Origin: Dehalococcoidia bacterium
Lineage (GTDB): Bacteria; Chloroflexota; Dehalococcoidia; Lucifugimonadales; UBA3495
Reading direction: 5' to 3'
Assembly (NCBI GenBank): GCA_030740155.1
Contig: JASLXV010000058.1
Span: 22,407-86,406 of the forward strand
DNA length: 64,000 nt
The notes beneath the pieces were generated by a model. The model saw only the letters and a list, made by a program, of their open reading frames with translations, ran no database searches and was not told the origin of the DNA. Shown in pieces: positions 43,442 through 51,887 of this stretch. Every line of letters begins with the position of its first letter. The first letter of the stretch is position 1. The translations under genes were made by a program, and so were the position numbers.

Positions 43442-44563
43442 TTGCTGACCCGTAACTGGCAACTCTGGATCGGGCTGGGCGTGAGCATCGCCCTCTTGCT
43501 GGTCCTCGTCCTCCAGGTGGACCTGGGGGAGATGGCCGACTCCTTGGCCGACGCCAACTACGTCTACGTGATTCCGGCGATCGCACTGTATTTCGTGGCG
43601 GTCTATTTCCGGGCTCTACGTTGGCGGTTCCTGCTCTCCCCATTGCGCCTGTTTCCGGTTGGGCGGCTTTACCCGGTGGTGGTCATCGGCTACATGGCCA
43701 ACAACCTGTTGCCGGCCCGGTTGGGGGAGTTGGTTCGCTCCTATTACCTGGCCCGGCGGGAACGGGTCAGCACCAGCTTCGCGCTGGCCACCGTGGCGGT
43801 GGAGCGGGTCTACGACGGGCTGACGCTCCTCGCCTTCGCCGCCTTGGCGGGTCCGGTACTCCTGCTGATGGGGGAGTTCGACGGTACCAGCGATACCTCT
43901 CGCGCCACCTGGATAGTCCTGGCCGGTCTCATCGTGGCCTTGTTTACCGGGGCCCTGGTCTTTCTCACGCTGCTGGCGACAACACCCCGGTTCATCGAAT
44001 TCTTCTACCGGACACTGATCATCGTCCCGGCCCGGTTCCGGCCCAAGGTCCGGGCCCTGGTGGGCACCTTTGTCGACGGCCTGAGCGTCCTCAGTTCTCC
44101 CCGGAAGCACCTGGAGCTGTTCTTCCTCTCCCTGCCCATATGGCTCCTTGAGGGGACCATGTACTTCCTGATCGCCTATTCCTTCGGAATCGACGAGTAC
44201 CTGGGCTCGGTGGGGGCGTTGATTCTTGCGATAGTCTTTCTCACGGCGACATCGAACCTGGTCACTGCCCTCCCCACCGCCATCGGCGGCATCGGCCCCT
44301 TCGAACTGGTAGCCCAGCAGACGTTGATGGCGATGGGGGTAGGAGCGTCAGTTGCCGGGGTCTACGCCGCCTTCGTGCATTTGGTGGCCCTGTGGCTTCC
44401 GGTCAACCTGGTGGGCCTGGCCATCCTGTGGAGGCAGAACATCTCGTTGAAAGGGCTGACCGGCCCGCCTCAGGAAGGGCCCACTGACCCGGAAACGGCG
44501 GCCAGGCACCCAGCAGGGGCCGGGCAATTCTCCACCCAGCCCGCGAAGGAAGACTTGACATGA
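43442..44563 (+). CDS. Flippase-like / lysylphosphatidylglycerol-synthase-TM-region (UPF0104) membrane protein; start uncertain
   Basis: FRALRWRFLL...GYMANNLLPARLGELVRSYYLARRE motif. TTG 43442 lies just before the first TM helix; the ORF-track TTG at 43268 would add 58 repeat-derived residues. Confidence 0.65.
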   Translation: MLTRNWQLWIGLGVSIALLLVLVLQVDLGEMADSLADANYVYVIPAIALYFVAVYFRALRWRFLLSPLRLFPVGRLYPVVVIGYMANNLLPARLGELVRSYYLARRERVSTSFALATVAVERVYDGLTLLAFAALAGPVLLLMGEFDGTSDTSRATWIVLAGLIVALFTGALVFLTLLATTPRFIEFFYRTLIIVPARFRPKVRALVGTFVDGLSVLSSPRKHLELFFLSLPIWLLEGTMYFLIAYSFGIDEYLGSVGALILAIVFLTATSNLVTALPTAIGGIGPFELVAQQTLMAMGVGASVAGVYAAFVHLVALWLPVNLVGLAILWRQNISLKGLTGPPQEGPTDPETAARHPAGAGQFSTQPAKEDLT

Positions 44564-45885
44564 GAGTCGGTATCATCGGTGGGGGCGCGGCCGGGCTGGC
44601 CGCGGCCTACGAACTGACCAAGCAGGGCCACTATGCCGAGGTGTTCGAGCAGGCCCCGTTTCTGGGCGGGCAGGCCTCCACCTTCGACGTCGGCGGCGGG
44701 CGGCTGGAGAAGGGCTACCACCACCTGTTTGTCAGCGACGTGGATATGACCGGCCTGATCCACGAGCTGGGGCTGGGAGAGAAGCTGGCCTGGTTGGAGT
44801 CTCAGGTGGGGCTGTACCACGACGGCAAGATCTGGAGCTTCAGTACCCCCACGGACCTGCTCCGGTTCAAGCCCTTATCTCTATTCCAGCGGCTTCGGGT
44901 GGGCTTCTGGACCTTTGTCCTGCAGAAGACCAAGAACTGGCGCAAATTCGAGGGTATCACCGCCGGAGACTGGATCGCCGGCCACATGGGGCGGCGGGCC
45001 TACGAGGTCATCTGGGAGCCGCTGTTGCGGGGCAAGTTCGGTGAATACCACGACCAGGTGAGCATGACCTGGCTATGGGGCAAGATCTACCTGCGGGTGG
45101 CATCCCGGGGCAAGGGACTGCAGAAGGAGCGCCTGGGCTATCCCATGGGCAGCTTTGGCGAGGTCATCGACACCCTGGGGGAACGGATCGTGGAGCAGGG
45201 TGGCGACGTCCACATCTCCGCCGGCGTGAAGCGGGTGGCCGTGGCGGACGGTGCCGCCGCCGGGCTGGAAGTGGTGCTGCCGGGCCAGGAGCCGGAGATC
45301 CGGGAATATGACGCCGTGATCGCCACTACCCCCTCCTACATCTTCACCCGGCTGGTGCCTCCCCTGCCGGACGACTACCGGGAAAAGCTGGAAGGCGTCA
45401 AGTACCTGTCGGCGGTTTTGATGGTGCTGGTGCTGGACCGGCAGCTATCTCCCAAGTACTGGATGAACATCGCCGACACCAGCGTGCCCTTTGTGGCCGT
45501 CATCGAGCACACCAACATCATCGACAAGTTGCTGTACGGGGGAAATCACATCGTCTATTTGAGCAACTACCCCAACCGGGACAGCGAACTCTACCGGAAG
45601 AGCGCCGAGGAGCTTCTGGAGGATTTTATCCCCCACCTGCGGAGGATCAACCCGGACTTTGACCGAACTTGGATACTGGAGTACCACCACCACCGTCTGG
45701 ACGGCGCCCAGCCGATCATCGGGGTCAACTACGGCGAGCGCATTCCGGACCATCGGACGCCGTTCAAGAACCTGTACCTGGCGAACACCACCCAGATCTA
45801 CCCGGAGGACCGGGGCACCAACTACTCGGTGCGCCTCGGCCGCCGGGTGGCCAGGATGGTCTTGGAGGACGCGGGGCAGGTTTAG
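44560..45885 (+). CDS. FAD/NAD(P)-binding oxidoreductase (amine oxidase / phytoene desaturase-like)
   Basis: MRVGIIGGGAAGLAAAYEL...FEQAPFLGGQA dinucleotide-binding motif. ATGA overlap with the upstream flippase-like gene. Confidence 0.75.
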   Translation: MRVGIIGGGAAGLAAAYELTKQGHYAEVFEQAPFLGGQASTFDVGGGRLEKGYHHLFVSDVDMTGLIHELGLGEKLAWLESQVGLYHDGKIWSFSTPTDLLRFKPLSLFQRLRVGFWTFVLQKTKNWRKFEGITAGDWIAGHMGRRAYEVIWEPLLRGKFGEYHDQVSMTWLWGKIYLRVASRGKGLQKERLGYPMGSFGEVIDTLGERIVEQGGDVHISAGVKRVAVADGAAAGLEVVLPGQEPEIREYDAVIATTPSYIFTRLVPPLPDDYREKLEGVKYLSAVLMVLVLDRQLSPKYWMNIADTSVPFVAVIEHTNIIDKLLYGGNHIVYLSNYPNRDSELYRKSAEELLEDFIPHLRRINPDFDRTWILEYHHHRLDGAQPIIGVNYGERIPDHRTPFKNLYLANTTQIYPEDRGTNYSVRLGRRVARMVLEDAGQV

Positions 45886-46065
45886 CTGAATATCTACCTT
45901 GCTCTTGCAAAATCTGAGCCAGGGAGTAAAATCAGTTCGCGGCCATGAGGGTGCGACGCCAAGCATCCACCGGAACCGAGAGATTAACGATGAGCTACCG
46001 GGACGCGGCGCCCGAATGGGAATAACCCGCGGCCCGGTGACTCCGCGAAAAACAAACCCCAGGAG

Positions 46066-46302
46066 TTGAGCGTGCCGAAAGAGAACGCCGGATCGACCAA
46101 CGCCCGTGAATCGCGCCGGAACTTCCTGACCAAGTTGGGACTGGGCGCGGCCGCCTTGGCCGCCGTAACGACGCCCCTCGCTTGGATGGGACGCCGCAAG
46201 AACGACGCCCCTGCCGAGATGACCATGGCGTTTCCGGGCGAAGATTCCATCTTTCACCCGGCCAGCGACCCCCGTCTGGATCCTCGCCGCCGGCAGGGCT
46301 AA
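46066..46302 (+). CDS. Small twin-arginine (Tat) signal-bearing protein, 78 aa
   Basis: SRRNFLTKLGLGAAALAAV is a canonical Tat motif plus h-region. GTG start, preceded by AGGAG at 8 nt. Confidence 0.55.
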   Translation: MSVPKENAGSTNARESRRNFLTKLGLGAAALAAVTTPLAWMGRRKNDAPAEMTMAFPGEDSIFHPASDPRLDPRRRQG

Positions 46303-46506
46303 GTAAGGCCTCGCCCGGTCCGGGGGCACTCGCCATCCGGGCCGAGGTTCAACAGGACATCCCCTCCCTTCCAGTCCGCTCCGCGCACCGTGGAACGGCT
46401 GATCCGGCCTAGGGGGTGGGACTGGATATAGCTCCAAGAAGGCTGCTCCGTGATTCCGGGGAAGAACCTTTCTCGGCGTAGGCCCGTGGATGGAAGGTGT
46501 TGGAGC

Positions 46507-47424
46507 ATGCCACAAACCAGGCTTTCAGTTGGAAATGTTGATATCCTGGTCCTGCACGATGCCAAGTTGGCTTTGCCCCTGAACCAGACCCTTCCCCACG
46601 TTCCCCCTGAAGCATGGACCCCCTACCAGCATCAATACCCCGAAGGATTCGACGGGACCGACAGCCTGCGCGTTCATTTCGAGTGCTACCTGATCCGCTC
46701 CCAGGGCCGCACTATTCTGGTAGACACGGGTCTCGGCAGCAACGCTTCCAACCCGGGTACGGTCACTTCCCTCGCCGGTGGCCAGGACGGCCGCTTGATG
46801 GAGGAGTTTGGCTCCGCCGGGCTGCGGGCTGAGGACGTGGACACCGTGTTCCTCACCCGCCTGCACCCCGACCACGTGGGCTGGAACCTGACTCCCGGAA
46901 GCCCTGCTCCCGCCGCGACGTTTCCCAGGGCCCGGTACGTCGCCCACCAGGCCGATTGGGACATGTTCAAATCGCCCCAAGATGAGGAAATCTTCGGGTT
47001 CAAGTTTTGGGAAGAGACGATCGGCCCCCTGGAGGAATTAGGTGTCCTCGACCTCCTGACGGGAGAACACCCCCTGACCGGCGAGGTCACGGCCATCTCA
47101 ACTCCCGGCCACACGCCGGGCTCCATGAGTTTGGCCATCGTTTCGGGAGGTGAGCGTGCCCTGATCATGGGCGACGTGTTCCACAGCCCGGCCCAGGTTA
47201 CCGAAACCGATTGGGTTTTCAGTTTCGACTCGGACCCCGCCCTCGCTGTTCAGACCAGGGCGCGCCTGGTGGACCGGGCGGAGGCCGAGAATGCCGTGAT
47301 GGCCATCTGCCACCACAGTGGGTTCGGACGAGTGGTGCGAGCCGAGGGGCGCCGGTACTGGCAGGTACTCTATCCTCCCGCCGCTAGCGCCGGCCGAACT
47401 CCCGGTCCATCTGGTAAGAGCTGA
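46507..47424 (+). CDS. MBL-fold metallo-hydrolase (lactonase-like)
   Basis: ILVDTGLG...LTRLHPDHVGWN...TPGHTPGS...CHH motifs. Start set at ATG 46507 (MPQTRLSVGN). Confidence 0.7.
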   Translation: MPQTRLSVGNVDILVLHDAKLALPLNQTLPHVPPEAWTPYQHQYPEGFDGTDSLRVHFECYLIRSQGRTILVDTGLGSNASNPGTVTSLAGGQDGRLMEEFGSAGLRAEDVDTVFLTRLHPDHVGWNLTPGSPAPAATFPRARYVAHQADWDMFKSPQDEEIFGFKFWEETIGPLEELGVLDLLTGEHPLTGEVTAISTPGHTPGSMSLAIVSGGERALIMGDVFHSPAQVTETDWVFSFDSDPALAVQTRARLVDRAEAENAVMAICHHSGFGRVVRAEGRRYWQVLYPPAASAGRTPGPSGKS

Positions 47425-49117
47425 AGTGGAGCATGGTGGGGCGGCCGTGGGGGCAGGTGTGAGGGTTGTCGCTTGCCTCCAGCTGTTCCAACAGGGCGCC
47501 CATCTCGGCCTCGGTCAAAGACTTCCCGGCGCGAATGGCGCTGTGGCAGGCTATCGAGGCGGCCAGGACATCCTCCTGCTGGCGTAGCAGCCCCTCGAAG
47601 GCCACCATGTCCAGGACATTGACCAGCGATTGGGCCGGGTCCTGGCCGGTCAAGACGCTGGGCACGGACCGCAGCAGGTAGGCATTCTCCCCGAAGGACT
47701 CCACATCGAACCCGTACGACGCTAGGAACTCGGCGTTGCTCTTGAACACCCCGGCCTGCCCGGCCGTCAGCTCCACCGTCACGGGCTCCAGCAGCGGTTG
47801 CGACTGGGCGGTGCGCTCCGAGGCCCGCCTCCGAATCTGGTCGAACAACACCCGCTCGTGGGCGGCGTGCTGGTCCACCAGGAACATCCCCTCGGGTCCT
47901 TCGGCCACGATGTAGGTCAGTTTGACCTGGCCCACAACCTTGAGGGCCGGCAAGTCTTGCCGGGGCACAGCAGCGCCCGGGGGAGCGGGGTAGTCTTGCT
48001 GTTGGCCGGTAAAGGCGCCGCGGGGATAAAACGAGCCCATCCGCTCGGTTGAACCTGGCGAAGCCGGCCAAGGCGGCGCCAGGCCCGGCGGCCGGCCCGT
48101 GGGAGGGAATATTTGAGGGACGGGGGAGTCGGCCACCAGAGCGGCCCGTACCGCTCGCTGGAGCGTCGAGAATACCTTGCCTTCCCGGTGGAACCGGACC
48201 TCCCGCTTGGACGGGTGGGAGTTCACGTCCACCTCGGCATAGGGGATGTCCAGGTTGAGGGCCGCCAGGGGATAACGCCGGTCGGGCAGGAGCCCATGGT
48301 AGGCTTCCTCGATGGCGTAGGACAGCATGCGGCTGTTGATCCAACGCCGGTTGACGAAGAGGGTCATGTAGGTGCGATTGGCCCGGTGCAGGCTCGGTGG
48401 GCTGGCGAATCCTTCCACCCGGTAGCCGGTCTCCGGGTCTTCACCACTCACCTCCAGCATGGCTTCCGCCACCTCGGCGCCGTACAGCGCCAGCAAGGTC
48501 TCCCGGGGCCGGCCGTTGCCCGGAGTGGCCAGCGTCGAGCGGCCGTCTACGATCAACTGGAAGCGGATGGTGGGAAAGGCCAGGGCGTAGCGGGCGACCA
48601 ACTCTTGGACCCTGGAAGTCTCGGTGGAGTTGGTCTTGAGGAATTTGCGCCGGGCCGGCATATTCCCGAAAAGATCGGAAACCTCGACCGAGGTGCCGGG
48701 CGGACACCCTTGAGTGCCGGACCGGACCTCCCGGCCCCACCGCAGCTCGACGTGGCGGCCCGCTTGGGCCTGCTGGGGGCGGGTGGTCATGGTCAAGCGG
48801 GATACGGCGGCGATACTGGGTAGGGCTTCACCCCGGAAGCCTAGCGTGGCCACGGCCTCCAGTTGCTCGACGGTATCCAGCTTGCTGGTGGCGTGCCGCT
48901 CGAAGGCTAGTTCCACCTCTGAGGCGTCGATGCCGTTGCCGTCATCGGTGACCCGGACCAACTCCACTCCGCCGGACTTGATCTCCACGATGATCTGGGA
49001 GGCCCCGGCGTCGATGGAGTTTTCCAGCAACTCCTTGACCACCGAAGCCGGCCGCTCCACAACCTCTCCGGCGGCGATCTTGATGGCCAGTTCCGGCGGC
49101 AGCACTTTGATGGGCAT
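47384..49117 (-). CDS. mutL: DNA mismatch repair protein MutL
   Basis: MPIKVLPPELAIKIAAGEVVERPASVVKELLENSIDAGA (GHKL ATPase) and a C-terminal dimerisation domain. Confidence 0.9.
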   Translation of the reverse strand: MPIKVLPPELAIKIAAGEVVERPASVVKELLENSIDAGASQIIVEIKSGGVELVRVTDDGNGIDASEVELAFERHATSKLDTVEQLEAVATLGFRGEALPSIAAVSRLTMTTRPQQAQAGRHVELRWGREVRSGTQGCPPGTSVEVSDLFGNMPARRKFLKTNSTETSRVQELVARYALAFPTIRFQLIVDGRSTLATPGNGRPRETLLALYGAEVAEAMLEVSGEDPETGYRVEGFASPPSLHRANRTYMTLFVNRRWINSRMLSYAIEEAYHGLLPDRRYPLAALNLDIPYAEVDVNSHPSKREVRFHREGKVFSTLQRAVRAALVADSPVPQIFPPTGRPPGLAPPWPASPGSTERMGSFYPRGAFTGQQQDYPAPPGAAVPRQDLPALKVVGQVKLTYIVAEGPEGMFLVDQHAAHERVLFDQIRRRASERTAQSQPLLEPVTVELTAGQAGVFKSNAEFLASYGFDVESFGENAYLLRSVPSVLTGQDPAQSLVNVLDMVAFEGLLRQQEDVLAASIACHSAIRAGKSLTEAEMGALLEQLEASDNPHTCPHGRPTMLHFSSYQMDREFGRR

Positions 49118-49125
49118 GGTAGAGC

Positions 49126-49563
49126 CTAGATCAGGGGGACGGTGGTGCCCTTCGCCCGGTATTGGCGTTCCTCGGAAGTGCCGGTTTGAATAAAGTCGCA
49201 GACGATCTTGTAGACCCGGTCCATTTCTTCATCGAAGTTGCGTTTGAAGAAGTAGGGCGGCACCCAGACTCCTCCAAAGGCGCCAACCACTTCAGGGTAA
49301 TCGTCGATCACGAACTCCGGCTCGAAGGGGACCTTCAGTTCCGCCAGCCGCTCGTGAAAATGGTGGGTGGGCTTTTCATAAACACCGCTGGTAAATGGGC
49401 CCAGTTCGTGTTTCTCCACCACCTCCCAGCGCTCCCCCATGCCGGACCAGATGTATATCTCGTGGCCATCGCTTATCAGCTTTTCAAAGTTCTCTTTGGT
49501 ACCGGGCCGGAGGCTGTCGTCCAGCCCCAGAATCGTGTAATCCACATCGAAAAAGATCTTCAT
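49126..49563 (-). CDS. HAD-superfamily hydrolase-like protein
   Basis: MKIFFDVDYTILG (DxDxT motif I) and ...IYIWSG...IDD. Start set at ATG 49563; the ORF-track start adds 33 implausible residues. G+C is lower than the backbone (50% on one hand-counted line). Confidence 0.5.
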   Translation of the reverse strand: MKIFFDVDYTILGLDDSLRPGTKENFEKLISDGHEIYIWSGMGERWEVVEKHELGPFTSGVYEKPTHHFHERLAELKVPFEPEFVIDDYPEVVGAFGGVWVPPYFFKRNFDEEMDRVYKIVCDFIQTGTSEERQYRAKGTTVPLI

Positions 49564-49719
49564 ATATGGGTATCTGCCTTCTTTCCTCGAAAAACGATTT
49601 GCAAATCCGTGGGTGATTATAACGCATAATCGCCGCCGATTACAGCATGAATAATTATGCACGAATCAACGGTTAAATTCCCCAGCCAAGCGCACCGGTT
49701 GGAATGGAGGGGCGCCGGG

Positions 49720-50079
49720 TCATCCGGTACCCTCCAGTGCGGCCTCGATTGACCTCAGGTTCGCTCCCACCACCAACCGCCCGCCGATGCGGGCCAGGGG
49801 CCGGCGGACCAACCGGGGCTCCTCGAGAATCAGCGCGAGCATCTCCTCCTCGGACAGCTCCCGGCCTGCCATGCCCTTCTGCTTCAAGCTGGGGCTGCGC
49901 CAGGCGAATAGCTGAGAGAAACCCACTTCAGAGGCCAGCTCCCGGACCTCACCCTCGGTGAACGGTTCCTTGAAGAAGTCCCGCTCGTCCAGCTCCAGGC
50001 CTTTTTGTAAGAGCAACTCTCTCACTTTGCGGCAGGACGATCAACGGGGCCACCAGTAGAACGCTACTTTATTACTCAA
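49720..50079 (-). CDS. ArsC/Spx-family thioredoxin-fold protein with in-frame TGA (50041-50043) in a U-x-x-C motif; candidate selenoprotein
   Basis: From TTG 50079 (GAGG 6 nt upstream) it reads M/L-SNKVAFYWWPR-TGA-SSCRKVRELLLQKGLELDERDFF.... ArsC/Spx proteins carry 'xxYxxPxCxxCRKAxxxL' at exactly this position. The ORF-track ORF starts after the TGA and lacks this motif. Confidence 0.6.
50007..50025 (-). promoter_or_regulatory. SECIS-like hairpin 15 nt downstream of the TGA
   Basis: The mRNA reads GUGAGAG-AGUUG-CUCUUAC: 7-bp stem (one G-U pair) with a 5-nt loop containing GU. Confidence 0.4.
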
Positions 50080-50177
50080 GAGGTACCTCGCACGAACATT
50101 TTAGGCTAACCGTGTGCATGTAAACGGTCCCTTTCCGTTGTTGGCAAACTAATTTACCGCTGTCAGGCTCGGGAGTT

Positions 50178-50206
50178 TCGACACCCATTTTCTTGTTGGC
50201 TATAAT
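50178..50206 (+). promoter_or_regulatory. Near-consensus promoter of the SieB-like gene
   Basis: TCGACA-cccattttcttgttggc(17 nt)-TATAAT. The -10 hexamer ends 6 nt before GTG 50213, which implies a leaderless or very short-leader mRNA. Confidence 0.55.
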
Positions 50207-50212
50207 GGCGTT

Positions 50213-50731
50213 GTGTTGAGAATGCTGTTTGGGCGCATCGGGTATCCCATTCGAATCCACCTTACCGTATCGTTCGTGACGGCCAGCGCTTTGTTGTTTC
50301 TCGTGTTCGCTTCGGACAACACGTTGGACGATTTGGGGATGATGGATAACCGGACCGTCTATACACTGGGCTTCGGCCTTGGTCTGGTCTTCTCAAGCGC
50401 CGCCATTATTATTCGGTTCGGAGTTCATGCTATCCACTGGGGATTGATCGCTCACAGCCGAAGTACCGTCATCACTACCCGCCAAGAGGGCCTCCATCAC
50501 CTAACTGAACCGCAAAAGGCAATCCTGAGACGCTTTATCATGATCGAATCGAAAACTCAAACCCTGCCATCGGGTGATGGTGCCGTTAAAGGGTTGAGAT
50601 TCGCTCGAATCATTTATCGTTCCGCCGATGCCGTACCGAGCGACACCGTGGACCAAAGTTCTCCCATGTTTGACTATATCATCCATGATTGGGCTTGGGA
50701 TTACATCAACAAACACCCTGAGATTCTGTAA
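50213..50731 (+). CDS. SieB-like (superinfection exclusion protein B family) two-TM membrane protein
   Basis: Two N-terminal TM helices, followed by LTEPQKAILRRFI...TLPSGDGAVKGLRFARIIYRS...FDYIIHDWAWDYINKHPEIL. This matches my recollection of the SieB-family C-terminal pattern (LSxxExxIL...G.v..L....IIy....f.y.i..WAw.yl.knPell). G+C is lower than the backbone (48-55% on three hand-counted lines). The start may be GTG 50213 or ATG 50222. Confidence 0.5.
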   Translation: MLRMLFGRIGYPIRIHLTVSFVTASALLFLVFASDNTLDDLGMMDNRTVYTLGFGLGLVFSSAAIIIRFGVHAIHWGLIAHSRSTVITTRQEGLHHLTEPQKAILRRFIMIESKTQTLPSGDGAVKGLRFARIIYRSADAVPSDTVDQSSPMFDYIIHDWAWDYINKHPEIL

Positions 50732-50978
50732 TGGGCGTCTGCCAGGCACAATCTCTTTGATGCGTCGAGGTGCAAGAGGGCATCCAGCCCCGCCAGGCGC
50801 CCCTCCCCTCGGTCCCCTCCTTGGTATGGAAGGGAAGCTGACGTTCCAGGACCTGGGCGGAAACTTGCGGCACACCTTGCCGCTTGGGCGTGTGCTGACC
50901 GCTGAGCGCTGACGGCTTACGATTTCTTGTGCGGCGCTGGAACCGGGTGGTAGAATTGTCCCGGTTAGGGGGCGTGTT

Positions 50979-51881
50979 GTGGACATAAGAAAAGCCGTCA
51001 TTCCCGCCGCGGGTCTGGGTACCCGGTTCCTGCCCGTCACCAAGTCGGTCCCCAAAGAGCTTCTGCCCATCCTGGAAAAGCCGATGCTTCAGTACGTGGT
51101 GGAGGAAGCGGCAGAGGCTGGAATCGAGCAGGTCATAGTCGTCACTTCACCGGGCAAGGAATCCGTGGCCAGCTACTTCCACCCGGAGCCCGAGCTGGAA
51201 CACCACCTGGCCGCCTCCGGCGCCGTCGACCTGCTGGAAGGGGTGCGCCACGCCACCAGCCTGGTCCAGGTGTCCTTCGTCATCCAGGAGAAACCCCTGG
51301 GACTGGGCCATGCGGTGTTGATGGCGCGTGAAGCGGTGGCCGGGGAGCCCTTCGTGGTCATCCTGCCCGACGACATTGTCGTCCATAGCCCCGGCGTGGT
51401 TGCCCAGATGAAAGCGGTGGCCCAGAAGACCAGCGCCGGCGTGGTCGCCGTGGAAGAGATGCCCAGAGAAGTCATCGACAAGTATGGGGTGGTGGATGCC
51501 ACCGAGGTGGAGGAACGGGTGTTTCGTATCCACGGGATGGTGGAGAAACCTCCTCGAGACGAGGCCCCTTCCAACCTGGCCGTCGTGGGCCGCTACGTGT
51601 TGACCCCCGAGATTTTTGACTGCCTGGAGCGCACCCCGCCGGGCGCCAAGGGCGAGATTCAGTTGACCGACGGGCTGCTTCTGCTGCTGGAGAGCCAGGA
51701 GCTATACGCCTACGAGTTCCTGGGACGCCGCTACGATGGAGGCAGCCCCCTGGGGCTGTTGCGGGCGTCCCTGGAGTTCGCCCTGGCCCGGGAGGACACC
51801 CGCGAGGCGGCCCGGACCCTGGTGCAGGATGTCCTGGAGCAAGCCCCTCCGGCGGTCCGGAAATCAGCAGAACGCAGCTAG
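50979..51881 (+). CDS. galU: UTP--glucose-1-phosphate uridylyltransferase
   Basis: KAVIPAAGLGTRFLPVTKSVPKELLPI signature, VEKP motif, and GEIQLTD. Confidence 0.85.
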   Translation: MDIRKAVIPAAGLGTRFLPVTKSVPKELLPILEKPMLQYVVEEAAEAGIEQVIVVTSPGKESVASYFHPEPELEHHLAASGAVDLLEGVRHATSLVQVSFVIQEKPLGLGHAVLMAREAVAGEPFVVILPDDIVVHSPGVVAQMKAVAQKTSAGVVAVEEMPREVIDKYGVVDATEVEERVFRIHGMVEKPPRDEAPSNLAVVGRYVLTPEIFDCLERTPPGAKGEIQLTDGLLLLLESQELYAYEFLGRRYDGGSPLGLLRASLEFALAREDTREAARTLVQDVLEQAPPAVRKSAERS

Positions 51882-51887
51882 GCAGGC

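Noticed and set aside
45886-46065. Possible riboswitch (for example Moco-type) in the leader of the small Tat protein gene.
   Set aside because: I could not match any riboswitch consensus by eye. Only a single short stem is evident. It is mentioned solely as a leader of unknown function.
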